Source: Octopus bimaculoides
Lineage: Eukaryota
Direction: 5' to 3'
NCBI RefSeq assembly: GCF_001194135.2
Contig: NC_068993.1
Location: 53,975,269 to 54,010,154, forward strand
DNA length: 34,886 nucleotides
Part shown: one piece after another, positions 1-10,589 of the stretch
How the letters are laid out: each line of letters opens with the position of its first letter
How positions within the stretch are numbered: position 1 is the first letter of the stretch
The notes under the pieces: generated by a model
Seen by the model: only the letters and a program-made list of their open reading frames with translations
Told to the model about the DNA's origin: nothing
Databases searched by the model: none
Translations under genes and position numbers: made by a program

Positions 1-40
<40 letters not shown>
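1..40. repeat. (GT)n microsatellite
   Basis: Direct reading. Confidence 0.98.
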
Positions 41-42
<2 letters not shown>

Positions 43-879
43 ATATTATATGCATTTATACATATAGCTTCAAAATGATCTTAGAAAATTTAAACTGTAC
101 AGCAAATACAATAAATTATTACAATAAATTATCACAAATTATTACAAGAAATTGGAAATTACTGGGATAAAAATAGAAAGTGGAAGTCTGATTCAAAGGT
201 TATGCAAAACCCAACTAAAAGAAGTACGACGGTAAAAAAAAAAAAAAGTTTGTAGTCGTTCGACGTACAAAGCACTCCTTTCTGTACCAAACAAAAGTGC
301 TGATGGACAGACGGGAGAATTTTAGAGAATCTAGTGAGGACAAAATGCGGTTAAGATACAGGAAATTCAGAAGAAAATGTCGAAGATGTTACTAGAAATT
401 TACCACATGCTAAAAATAGATACTAGCAAGACGTGATTTTTTGGGGGTCTTGCCCAAAAGATGCACTTCCGGATGCACCCTTTTCCAGCATGAGCAGTGT
501 CTGGAGGGCAGGGGCGTAGAGTGCTCTAACTTGACCTAAGCAATGGGTTTTACTTGCATAGAGGTGGGTAACCTTAAATGCTTCTCTGCGTAATTCTTAA
601 GATATTTTATTTATTGTTTTCTTTCAAAGTTATTTATATTATCTTTAATTTATACAAATTTTTTTAAGCGACTTCCTTGTATAACTTCCTTGACCTATCC
701 TCTCCGGGCCTTGTGTGTGTGTGTGTATGTGTGAGTGTTTGCACTCCCCTTAGAGGGAGTTTATAAAATCGTGTTGGGATGAACAAGACACAGTCATAGA
801 AAAACGGAGAGAATGTATAAGGAAAGTCACACAAGAAGGTTTCATGAATTTATGCGAACGAATGAAGTTAAATATATTT

Positions 880-1085
880 GCGGTCAGAACCGTTAGTGTT
901 GTGGATAAAAATGCTTTTAGGTATTTCTTCCGGTTCTTTACATTTTGAGTTCAAATACCACCGTAGTCAAATTTTCCTTTCATCCTTCCGGAGTCGATAA
1001 AATAAAATACCAGTCAAGTACAAAGGTCGATGGTATCGACTACCCAACTCCTCAAAATTGCTGGCCCTGAGCCTAAATTCGAAAA
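880..1085 (+). mobile_element. SINE family A (core cctttcatcctt.gg.gtcgataaa, possibly MetaSINE-type)
   Basis: Box-B-like gagttcaaat plus a shared core. Same family at 3108-3300, 14012-14235, 26065-26219, with fragments at about 2345-2415 and 10545-10580. Confidence 0.75.
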
Positions 1086-1879
1086 AATAATAGTTATTTA
1101 CGGATGACTCCAAGACGGCAAGCAGGTAAAAATGCGTTGGGCAAAATGCTTAGCAGCGTTCCTTCCAACTCTTTACATTCTGACGTGAGAAATTAGAGCC
1201 AGCTCTGCAGGTTACGATGCCATTGAAGATAGAAAACAAGAATGGGAGTACGTGCATATTTCAGGAGTTATTATTCCTTCTTCAGTATCACATACAACCC
1301 ATTAAGTATTTACGAACACGTTGCTTAAATAACCACCAAACCCAGCTGTTATGTTTCCCTCGGACTGACTCGCAGAGATAACATAACGAGTTATACAATT
1401 TAATTATTACATTTATTGTTCAATTACATACAAAGAACGCACTCACCCAATGTTCGTTATGAATAAACAAAAGTCATGTCCGCCATATATATATCAATGA
1501 CATTTTACTACGACAGTCCCACAAGACAACAACAATGAAACATTGAACTCAGACGAACCACATGACACACGGAACGTCAGACGAATTACATATCTAACAG
1601 TCCATATAACACTAGCGATGTAACACAATTAGATACACCAATTTTACATATTAAACACATTCCTGACAACTGATACGTACATATTCATTGTTGGGGCAAC
1701 GTATTTCGTTTTGCAACCATAATATACTACCAAACATATTAAAGGCTCATAAGCCAATACTGCATCCTACCTGGGTTAGCAGTGCGATTCAGTCACTTTT
1801 TAAAGTTATCTCTACAATTTTTCTATAGAAATTAAAGCAACACTGAAAGTTACCAAGTATATCAAAGGCTTTATACACT

Positions 1880-2030
1880 TGTATATATATTTATATATAA
1901 ATACATATACATACATACATATGTATATATATATATACATATATAATATATATATGTATGTATATACATACATATATATACATACCTCTATATATATATA
2001 CATATACATATATATATACACATGCATATA
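1880..2030. repeat. (TA)/(TACA) compound microsatellite
   Basis: Direct reading. Source of ORFs 1812..2027 and 1879..2073. Confidence 0.95.
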
Positions 2031-2389
2031 CTTTTATCTCCCACACAATATAAGAACGGTTTTAAGAACTTAAGAATCATAATTATCATAGTATTGCTGG
2101 GTTTTTTGTGGGGGGGGGGGTAATGTTTATCAAAAATGATAACGAGAAAGATTTTGTTAGGAAAAAGAAAAGGAAGGAAATTTATGGTTGTTGACGTTTA
2201 AAAGGTTTAAGGATAGGGAAGTATTTCCTGTTAGTCAAATTTGAGCAAGTGAAACGTTGTCACGCTCTCCCGGTTTAAATAAGTTCCCTTCCACTATCTT
2301 TCACGGTACACAGTTAAGACCCTTCCCTTTGCCCTCTTTTATAATCCTTTCTATTATAGGCACAAGGCCTGAAATTTAGGGGAGGGAGA

Positions 2390-2600
2390 TATTCGACTAC
2401 ATCGACTCCAGTACACACCAGTTTTACGTCTAATAGCTTGTTCACCGGAAGTTTCCGCTTAGTTCGGGATAAAGTGACGATTTTTCTCTTCCTAGGTTAA
2501 TCGGAAACGTAGATTGTCGTGCCACTCATAAACCTTCTCGGTAGTTCAATTATTTGGTGTCGTACAGTATTTAGATTTGCTCCCTACGTTCTGCATTCAA
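2390..2600. promoter_or_regulatory. CpG-retaining candidate promoter with ETS-type motif ACCGGAAGT (2444-2452)
   Basis: About 13 CpGs in about 210 bp, against a CpG-poor background downstream. Lies just upstream of the exon at 2672. A second ACTTCCGG is at 465-472. Confidence 0.35.
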
Positions 2601-2671
2601 ATCCTCATTTTTGTGTCTGCTTTTCTTTTCTTTTTTTTTCTTTTTTTTTTTTCTAATATCTCTGACAATAG

Positions 2672-2823
2672 ATGAAATAAATGCTGGATGTACTGAGGAT
2701 GATACAATCAATTATGACTATTTCTTTGATGGTAGGGAACTTATGTCAATCAATATGATGAAAATGCGGACTGGAAAATGTTTAGTTGGTCTGAGAAGAA
2801 AGGACAATATACATAATGATCAG
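2672..2823 (+). CDS. Putative exon of an unrecognised plus-strand gene: (D)EINAGCTEDDTINYDYFFDGRELMSINMMKMRTGKCLVGLRRKDNIHNDQ
   Basis: Long polypyrimidine tract (about 2615-2660) then aatag|, 50 open codons, donor CAG|gtactg. Non-repetitive. Part may be 5'UTR if translation starts at an internal ATG. Confidence 0.55.
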
Positions 2824-2867
2824 GTACTGATGATAACTAACAGAATACATACATATACATAAATATA

Positions 2868-3095
2868 TATCGTGGTACTCCGTCGATTACGACGATGAAG
2901 GTTCCAGTTGGTCCGATAAACGGAACAGCCTGCTCGTGAAATTAACGTGCAAGTGGCTGAGCACTCCACAGACACGTGTACCATTAATGTAGCTCTCGGG
3001 GAGATTCAGTGTGACACAGAGTGACAAGACTAGCCCTTTGACAAGTACGACAGAAACAGGAAGAAAGTGTGAGAGAAAGTTGTTCGCCACCCCAC
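2868..3095 (-). mobile_element. Interspersed repeat (SINE-like, family D)
   Basis: The segment cggaacagcctgctcgtgaaattaacgtgca recurs in decayed form at about 32140-32190. Confidence 0.55.
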
Positions 3096-3107
3096 CCCAC
3101 CCTCTTT

Positions 3108-3300
3108 AGGCGAGCTGGCAGAATCATTAATATGTCGGACTAAATACGTAAAAGCATTTCTTTCTACTCATTACGTTCTGGGTTCAAATTCTGCCGTGGT
3201 CAACGTTGATTTTCATCCCTCTAGGGTCGATAAGTACCAAGCTGGAGTCGATGTAATCGACTAGCCCCTCAAAATTGCTGGCCGTGTGCCAGAATTATAA
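3108..3300 (+). mobile_element. SINE family A copy
   Basis: gagctggcagaatc...gggttcaaatt...catccctctagggtcgataagtacc...aaaattgctggcc. Confidence 0.75.
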
Positions 3301-3578
3301 AGAATATTTATTTCTGAAAACGAAGTTCTTACTAGTCACCCGTAGTACGAGATTATTGAATCACAAGAACATAATCAGTCGTTATAATAACAGATGAGAT
3401 TTTATTCTCTGAAAACCAGACGATCAATATAATAGAAGGGATTTAGCTGTGTCCGGAAATACACTGAAATGCAAAGAGGTTCAGAACCCAATTATGTTTC
3501 GCTAAAGCCTTGCAGTGGTCAGCCAAAAATAACGATCAAAATATACAATACAATGAGATCAATGGACAACTCTTTTTC

Positions 3579-3613
<35 letters not shown>

Positions 3614-4417
3614 NNNNNNNNNNTATAAACTCTTTCACCCCTTTCCCATCTCACACTCTCCCTTATTCACCCTCATTCTTTCTCTCTTTATGTGTCTCTT
3701 ATACAACTCCCTTCCTTTCTCTCAAATACGTTCACGCTTAAGTTAACAAAAGAGATGTTTATTTATTAAGAGAATCGTTTGTTAGGAAAAATGAAATTTG
3801 AAGAAAATGAATCCAATAAAAATCGAAACAGGAATTTTGAAATAGAAATCACACACACACTCACACACACACAAATACATACTTTTATTTTAATTGCTGA
3901 TAGGGGCACGGTATTTCATTATGCAACCATGATATACTGCCAAGTATATTATAGACTTACAAGTCAATATTGTGTCCTACCTGTGTTAGCAGTGCAATTC
4001 AAAGGTGACATTTTATACACAAAGGTTCACACATATATTCACATAGTCTATGCATATACTCAATATTACAATAATCAGCTTTTATGATATAAATGTTAGC
4101 AGCTCAAAGAGAAACAAAAACCTTGCTCAAGAACACGGTCTTTGCTTTTATGTTTATTTTATATAGTTTTTTTTTAGAGAATACTTTTTTTTTCATTGGG
4201 ATAAGAAAATTCTTAAATAAATATCTATAATTTCTTAAAAGTATGGCAAGACAGTTGGATTAAGAACAGCAAAAAGAATTTAAATGCAGTCTTTTAAAGA
4301 TATTTTTTACTGAGCAACAAAGAGCTAATCACAAAATGTAGAATTTTACAAATTTTTTGATTATTTCAATCCAAAAAAAAAAAAATGGCATTTTCCAATT
4401 ACCATGGCAGTAAGAGT

Positions 4418-4650
4418 TTAATGATTCCTTACACCTTTGAATGGACAAAGATTCAATTTCCTGAGAGGTTGTTTAGTATAAGGAGCAACATTGCAAAGAT
4501 TAACAGGATTTATCGTCAAATAAGCATCACTTTAACACATTTTATTAACCTTCTCAAAAGCTAAACAGCACATACCAATGGAAGCTTTTGACATCTTTCT
4601 TGAGCAGATAAATTCTTAGTAGATTATTTACCATAATATAATGAGGAATG
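4418..4650 (+). mobile_element. Possible highly decayed Helitron PIF1-helicase remnant
   Basis: MIPYTFEWTKIQFPERLFSIRSNIAK resembles MIP..PFEFKRLQFPVRLAFAMTINKAQ. A downstream NG.F*HLS* resembles HGQLYVALSR. Confidence 0.3.
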
Positions 4651-4848
4651 AGCCTGTTTCCTTTTGATTCTGGTGGAAGGAGATTAAGAAAAGTAACTGA
4701 ATTGAGATTACAGCAAGTTATAGTATGGAGGGATTATAAATATGTGTGATGATGAAGTCACTGGGGGTAGTCACAAAAGGAAGATGAAGAAGCAATATAT
4801 ATATAGATATATATAAGTAATGGTCTTATACTTATAGCTGTATTATAG

Positions 4849-4933
4849 GTGAAGGACGGCACAACCACAATCTAACAATAAATGTAGCCTCGTTTGATAC
4901 CTCGGAGTTTTATTTTTATCTTTTCCCTCTGAG
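4849..4933 (+). CDS. Putative exon of the unrecognised plus-strand gene: (G)EGRHNHNLTINVASFDTSEFYFYLFPL(S)
   Basis: Acceptor tattatag| (alternative cttatag| 11 nt upstream) and donor AG|gtaaat. Phase 2 out matches the next exon. Confidence 0.55.
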
Positions 4934-5392
4934 GTAAATTTTGCATTTAGTAACGATATGCCCTGAAGAATTGAAATGAACTTTGGAAATGGAAACAACA
5001 AATATGATTTGAACATTGTTACTGTTCTTAGACTATTCCTGAGTTTCACTGGTGGTAAACCCACAAATATAGCTTTAAGTTTAGCTCAAAATGCATTGGT
5101 GACATTTTCCGGATTAATCAAATGCTTTTTGTTTTGTTGTAAAACAAAGAATAAGATCAATTCATCTACAGATGGAATTATGGTTTCCCAGTTAGGTCAT
5201 AACTTGTGAAACAAATTCTAATTGTTCTTCAAATAAGTTACATTTTTTTTCTTGTTTGTTCTCTTATGTTTGTATTCGTATGTGTCTGCGCACATTTTTA
5301 GTCCATTCTATATTAGTGAATCTTCCCAAACAACAACATATACACATGTTACTTGTTGGCTACACTCAATTATATTCTTTTATATGTTTCAG

Positions 5393-5441
5393 CCCTAAGG
5401 CTGTGGCCATAAATACAAATATTGAAGTGTGTGAAATTTAA
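5393..5441 (+). CDS. Putative last coding exon of the plus-strand gene: (S)PKAVAINTNIEVCEI*
   Basis: Acceptor ttcttttatatgtttcag|, phase-compatible with 4849-4933. TAA at 5439-5441. AATAAA at 5494-5499. Confidence 0.55.
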
Positions 5442-5493
5442 ACAGAGTCAACAGTGAAAGAATGAATCTATTAAATGGGTTTTTTTTTTTAGT

Positions 5494-5499
5494 AATAAA
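5494..5499 (+). terminator. Candidate polyadenylation signal AATAAA of the plus-strand gene
   Basis: Canonical hexamer 52 nt after the putative stop. AT-rich context lowers specificity. Confidence 0.3.
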
Positions 5500-5835
5500 A
5501 TATAAAATAATGAAAAAATAAGACATTTTAATGCATTCCAGTAGTCTAAGAGAATCATCAAAGGGTTGAAATCCAAAGCTGGAAATGGACCAGTGGAGGA
5601 AAAAAACGATTTGTTCATAAATATAAATTTTTGTTTGTTTCATTTCAATGAGTGACATCATGTTTCAGGGATCGTCTGAGAAATGATCTGAAAACAAAAA
5701 ACAAGACAAAATTAATCATGTAAATAGAAAAGAAGGAAGAATATGACCATGGAAATTGATATCATTGGTTTGACTGTTATTTGAAGGAATATCAAACTCT
5801 AAATACTAATTACTCCCATGATTATTCCTTCCTAA

Positions 5836-6063
5836 TTAACTCTTTGGCATTCAAATTACTCTCCCACATGTAACGCTTATTTATTCATAGTGTTTTAAAT
5901 TAATCATGTATTGTCGCATAGCTTTGAGATTTCAATGACGTAGTTGTCTATTTTTAGAATGGCATTTTAGGGTAGGTGTGAGAGGGTGGATCAGGCCAGT
6001 TTGAACATAAAACAGGAAGCACATTTAGATTGGATATGGCCAGTTTAAATACTAACAGATTAA
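5836..6063. mobile_element. MITE with TTAA ends (piggyBac-like), copy 1, 228 bp
   Basis: Starts ttaactctttggcatt and ends aatactaacagattaa. Colinear with 11748-11975. Confidence 0.7.
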
Positions 6064-6740
6064 AGTTACACATTATTGCTGAATGTTTTTAAATGTGGGC
6101 AAACATGAAGCAGTAAATCTTGAGTGTGCAAGAGAAGGTAACAATCAACCATCCACTTCCAAAGAACAAAGGCCACAGTAGTAGTGGTAGAATTGCAATG
6201 AGGAGACACAGTATGTAGCGGTCTGTACTAGATGATTGGTTTCAAGCACATATATAGATAACAGGAAATGTCATTATATCAACAACAGAACTCTATGCCA
6301 AGGGGATCAAAATTCTTAAAGACCAGCCCAAGATAAATTGGTTTGACACTATTTACTTTTCTATTACTTCAATTCCATAAAACAAGAGTAATGGTAAATA
6401 TGATTCCTCAAGCTTACAGTTTAATTAGAACTAACATCATTGTTGACAGAGTAATGTGTATCAACTGCACAACATTCCAGTGAGAAGGAAGGTGAACTTT
6501 AATACAAGACACATTCTTAGATGTAGTAATGATCCACATTCCAATTGAAAGCCACACAGGTATATATAAACATACTTCCAGGGGGAAGTTGACATTTTTG
6601 CAAATAAAAACTAGTTTCAATACAAAGGCTAAAAACAACAAAATATGAAATTAAATACACATTTGCCAATCTACCACATCTCTCTCTCTCTCCCTCTCTC
6701 TCTCTCCCTCTCTCTCTCTCCTCTCTCTCCATATATATAT

Positions 6741-7706
6741 CATCATCATCATCATTTAGCGTCCGTTGTCCATGCTAGTATGGGTTAGATGGTTTAACTA
6801 TGGCTGGCAAGCTGGAAGGCTGCACCAGACCCCAGTCTGATTTGGTATGGTTTCTACGTCTGGATGCCCTTCCTAATGCCACAACCACTCTAAGAATGTA
6901 ATGGGTGCTTTTACGTGCCACCAGCATGGGTGTCATTTGCGTGGCACTAGTATCTGCCATGACCATAATTTTATTTGGCTTGGTGGGTCTTCTTCTCAAG
7001 CACAACATAATGCCAAAGGTCTGTGTGATTGCCCCTGTGAGGCCCAACACTAGAAAGGAGCTTTTCACATGTCACTGACATCAGCCACTTTGCCTCTGTG
7101 AGGCCCAATGCTTGAATGGTGCTTTTTACATACCACCAGCATGAGTGCCAGTTACATGACACCAGCATCGACTACAATTCCACATGGCTTGATGGGTCTT
7201 CTGAAGCAGAGTGTATTGCCAAAGGTCTCTCAATCACTAGTCATTGCCTCTGTGAGACTCAAAGTTTGAAGGTCATGCTTCACTACCTTGTTCCATATCT
7301 TCCTGTTTCTACCTCTACTACAGTTTCCCTCCACACTTAGAGATCAGCACGTTTTTACACAGATGTCCTCGTCCATATGCACCACATAATCATACAAGTG
7401 CAGTCATCTCTCTTGCACACCACATCTGATGCCTCTTATGTCTAACTTTTCTCTCAACATGCTTACACTCTGTCAAACATGCACACTGACATTGCACATC
7501 CAGCGAAGCATACTGGCTTCATTTCTTTCAAGCCTATACATGTCCTGTCATAGCCCATGTTTCACTGCCATGCAGCATAGCTGTTTGCACACAGGCATCA
7601 TGCAATCTGCCTTTCACTCTGAGTGAGAGGCCCTTTGTTGCCAGCAGAGGTAGGAGCTCTCTGAACTTTGCCCAGCCTAATCTTATTCTCACAGCTACAC
7701 TCTCAG
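6741..7706 (-). mobile_element. 5'-truncated, decayed RTE-type LINE (RT C-terminus, 3' UTR, (GAT)n tail)
   Basis: Minus translation of about 7285-7705: ESVAVRIRLGWAKFRELLPLLATKGLSLRVKGRLHDACVQTAMLHGSETW...LERNEASMLRWMC, with a frameshift and stops. Typical RTE-clade RT end. Confidence 0.88.
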
Positions 7707-7959
7707 CTATATATATATATATGTTTGTATATATATATATANNNNNNNNNNNNNNNNNNNNNNNNNNNNNNNNNNNNNNNNNNNNNNNNNNNNNATATAT
7801 ACATACACAAGATAAGGGATAAATAATGATCGTTACATATTGTTTATAGTAAAAAAAGATATGTAATGACCATTATTTATGCCTTGTTTTGTATATTGCT
7901 ATGTAAGAACCAGTATAACTGGAGCACAACCACAGATTTACAATGTAGAACTGTAACCT

Positions 7960-8473
7960 CAGACCCTGTCTCAAGAATCACTCCTGGAAATGTGGTATTG
8001 TGGATCAAGAATCCGTCCCCAATTAAAAGTTCTACTGCAACATTTTGAAGTGTTTGAGAGAGAACATTTGGTGAAAGTGTCCAGATCTGTGGAGCACAAG
8101 GAATTGGATTTTTCACAGAGTTCTCACTAGTGAGTTTCTCACCAAAGGACAACACGGTATCAGTTTCACACCTGCACTATTCACCAGATTTAGCACCTGC
8201 AGACTTCTGTCTCTTTCCCAAGATGAAAACGCAGCTCAAAGGTCATCATTTTAACACTGTTGTCAAGATCCAGAGTGAATTGCAGAAGGTCCACATTGCT
8301 TATGGAAAATGACTTCCAGGCTGGATTCCAACAGAGGCAGGAATGCTGGGACTGGTGTATTACTGCACAAAATGACTATTTCGAAGATGATGATGATGTG
8401 AAAACTTGGGGGAATAAGTTATTTTTTGTTATTAACTATAACTAGCCTAGGAACCTTTTGGTACCACCTTGTA
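7960..8473 (+). mobile_element. Mariner/Tc1 transposase 3' remnant with right end
   Basis: HLHYSPDLAPADFCLFPKMKTQLKG (mariner YSPDLAP.D motif) and ...WDWCITAQNDYFE. TIR-like ggaaccttttggtaccaccttg followed by TA. Confidence 0.9.
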
Positions 8474-8909
8474 TAATATCATTATCATACTTACTAATAT
8501 AAATATATGTTTGCATGTCTAAGTCTGTGTTTGTGCGTAATTATATTTGTAAACACATGTGTATGTATATTTATGTATATATAAATACACACATATATAA
8601 TTATAAAAATATTTAATGTATTCTTTTCACACACCTGTCTATTCTGGTGTTTGCTCCAGTGTCATTTACATCACTCAGGAGATGTATATGAGCATTATTG
8701 TGTGCATAAAGCATTGCTTGTCTGTGATATGAACATTACTCCAATTATTACGAATTGCTTTATCAAGCCACCACCCATTATTCCTCGTTTCCTACTTGCT
8801 AATTGCTATTCATTCTTGTCATTATATCCACTTATCTGCTTGTGTTATCGCCTACAGCCATACTTATAAACAAGCATATGTTTCATGCACACAATAGTAC
8901 TCAAAGGGT

Positions 8910-9070
8910 AACATGACCTTCTCAATGTGTCATGACCTTTCCAGATGTCATGACCTTCTAAGTGTATTACGACCTCTTTAATATGCTATGGTCTTCCTAC
9001 TCTGTTAGGACCTTCTTAATATATAATGACCTCTTAGTATATTACCTCCCCACTGTATTATGACCTTCAA
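8910..9070. repeat. Degenerate about 19-20-bp minisatellite (catgaccttc...tgt)
   Basis: atgacctt/acgacct/ggacctt recurs about 8 times at roughly 19-bp spacing. Confidence 0.75.
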
Positions 9071-9466
9071 AGAATATTACATTACATTTCCTAGTCAAAT
9101 TGTCATCATCATCATCATCCAGTGTTTTAAATCTGGATTTTGTCCCTGTTAACAGGGGTAGTTGGATCTAACTCAGTGCCATAGTTTCTGTCTACCAAAT
9201 CCACTCACAAGGTTTTGGTCAGCCCAAGGCTATAGTAGAAGGCACTGAACCCAGAATCATGTAGTTGGGCAGCAAACTTAATACATTCTTTACAGAATGT
9301 CCGTTTAGTATCTTGCATGAAATTTTAAAATGAAATCCAAATGATTTTTTCCAAACACACAGATACATATTCTACAAAGGAAAATGAAAAAGGGACTAAA
9401 ATGCCTATCACTCACCATTCTTTGTTGTTGTTGTTGTTGTTGGTATTATTGAACAAGCATCTGATG

Positions 9467-9588
9467 TTATAAATTACTTGCAGGATGATTACCAAGACTC
9501 AAAGATATTGACCCAGCAGTTGCCAAAGAATGTGGACGGTTTCGGTTAATAATACGATCACGGGTTTTAGCAGCGGCACTATCAGAAT
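9467..9588 (-). CDS. Anoctamin last coding exon: (D)SDSAAAKTRDRIINRNRPHSLATAGSISLSLGNHPASNL*
   Basis: Acceptor tttatcttccag| after a 100-nt intron. Phase 1 matches. TAA at 9469-9467. Confidence 0.8.
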
Positions 9589-9688
9589 CTGGAAGATAAA
9601 GCATAATTGTAATGGGTTATTCTTCATTCCTCACATTCATAAATCTGTTTTAGAATTAAGGATTGATGGTAAAACATCAAACACATAC

Positions 9689-9807
9689 CTCCATCATCTT
9701 CATCATCTGCTACAGAACCCTTCTTTTGTTTATTCAACATTTCTGTGGCATGTAAGCTTTTTCTCTTCAGTCGATGTTGTTTCTGAGTCGATAAATTACA
9801 CGACGTG
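9689..9807 (-). CDS. Anoctamin exon (119 nt, tail): TSCNLSTQKQHRLKRKSLHATEMLNKQKKGSVADDEDDG
   Basis: Acceptor ccttattgacag| and donor G|gtatgt. Only one frame is open, and it is the one required by the previous exon. Confidence 0.8.
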
Positions 9808-10144
9808 CTGTCAATAAGGATGTAAAAGGAAACAATATAATTTCCTGGTCACTTAGCTGAAGGTTTACACTTTAAACATGAATGACATGAATGTTATAAT
9901 GATCATGCTGTTCGCAATTGTGATGTTACTGAAATAAAATACCTTCAGCTATTAAAATAACATTGGAAACTCAATTATTATTAACTTCACTTATTAGTTT
10001 CATGGAGAGGAAATGACATTAAATGTAAGATGTGATATACCAGATTACATATATATTATTGCTAGTGAGATATGGTATGTCAAATGTCTTGTTGGCAGTA
10101 AGATACGATATCTAAAGTGTTCTTCTTCTGTATGATGTCACATC

Positions 10145-10392
10145 TTATCTTCTTTGCCCACTTATTCCTGAAAGAGTCATGAGGGTTGAGTCCTCAAGCA
10201 TGCCTTCCACAGGATCTTGTCAGAAGAGTCTGTCTCCAATTGATCCACCTGGATTCCCAAGCATGACCAACTGAACTCATGAATGTTATCCAACCCTCTG
10301 GCTCATAATCTACCCCTGGATCTCCTTCTGGTTGACTTTGCTGGTAAAACCTGTCCAGCGATTCTTCCCTGAGATATTCTTACCATATGACC
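10145..10392 (-). mobile_element. Short RTE-type LINE 3' remnant (second family)
   Basis: Minus translation GHMVRISQGRIAGQVLPAKSTRRRSRGRL*...DKILWK resembles the RTE C-terminal GHV.RM...R..GRP..W..D...W motif. Confidence 0.65.
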
Positions 10393-10394
10393 TC

Positions 10395-10545
10395 AGTGTG
10401 GAGATGCATGGCATGGTGGTTAGGGTGTTGGACTCATGATCATAAGATTGTGGTTTTGATTCCTGGACTGGGCAACAGATTATGTTCTTGAGCAAAACAC
10501 CTTAATTTCACATTGCTCCAATACTCTCAACTGGCAAAAATTCCG
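10395..10545 (+). mobile_element. tRNA-derived SINE head (family E)
   Basis: tggttagggtg...gattcc...gttcttgagcaa.acac...gttgctcca. Also at 12920-13190 and 17940-18105. Confidence 0.7.
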
Positions 10546-10589
10546 CCGAGGTCGACATCGCCTTTTATCCTTTTGGGGGTCAGTAAAGT

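Noticed and set aside
1211-1303. Plus frame GYDAIEDRKQEWEYVHISG after ctgcag, a possible upstream exon
   Set aside because: No phase-1 donor links it to 2672, and the acceptor abuts SINE-derived sequence.
4576-4962. Minus-strand exon-like segments (4576-4669 and about 4900-4962) with good acceptors
   Set aside because: They could not be chained to a coherent gene, and they overlap the better-supported plus-strand exon and the Helitron-like remnant.
10395-10480. tRNA-like A/B boxes here and at 12920, 17940 and 18625
   Set aside because: There is no complete cloverleaf and they continue into SINE bodies, so they are SINE heads rather than tRNA genes.
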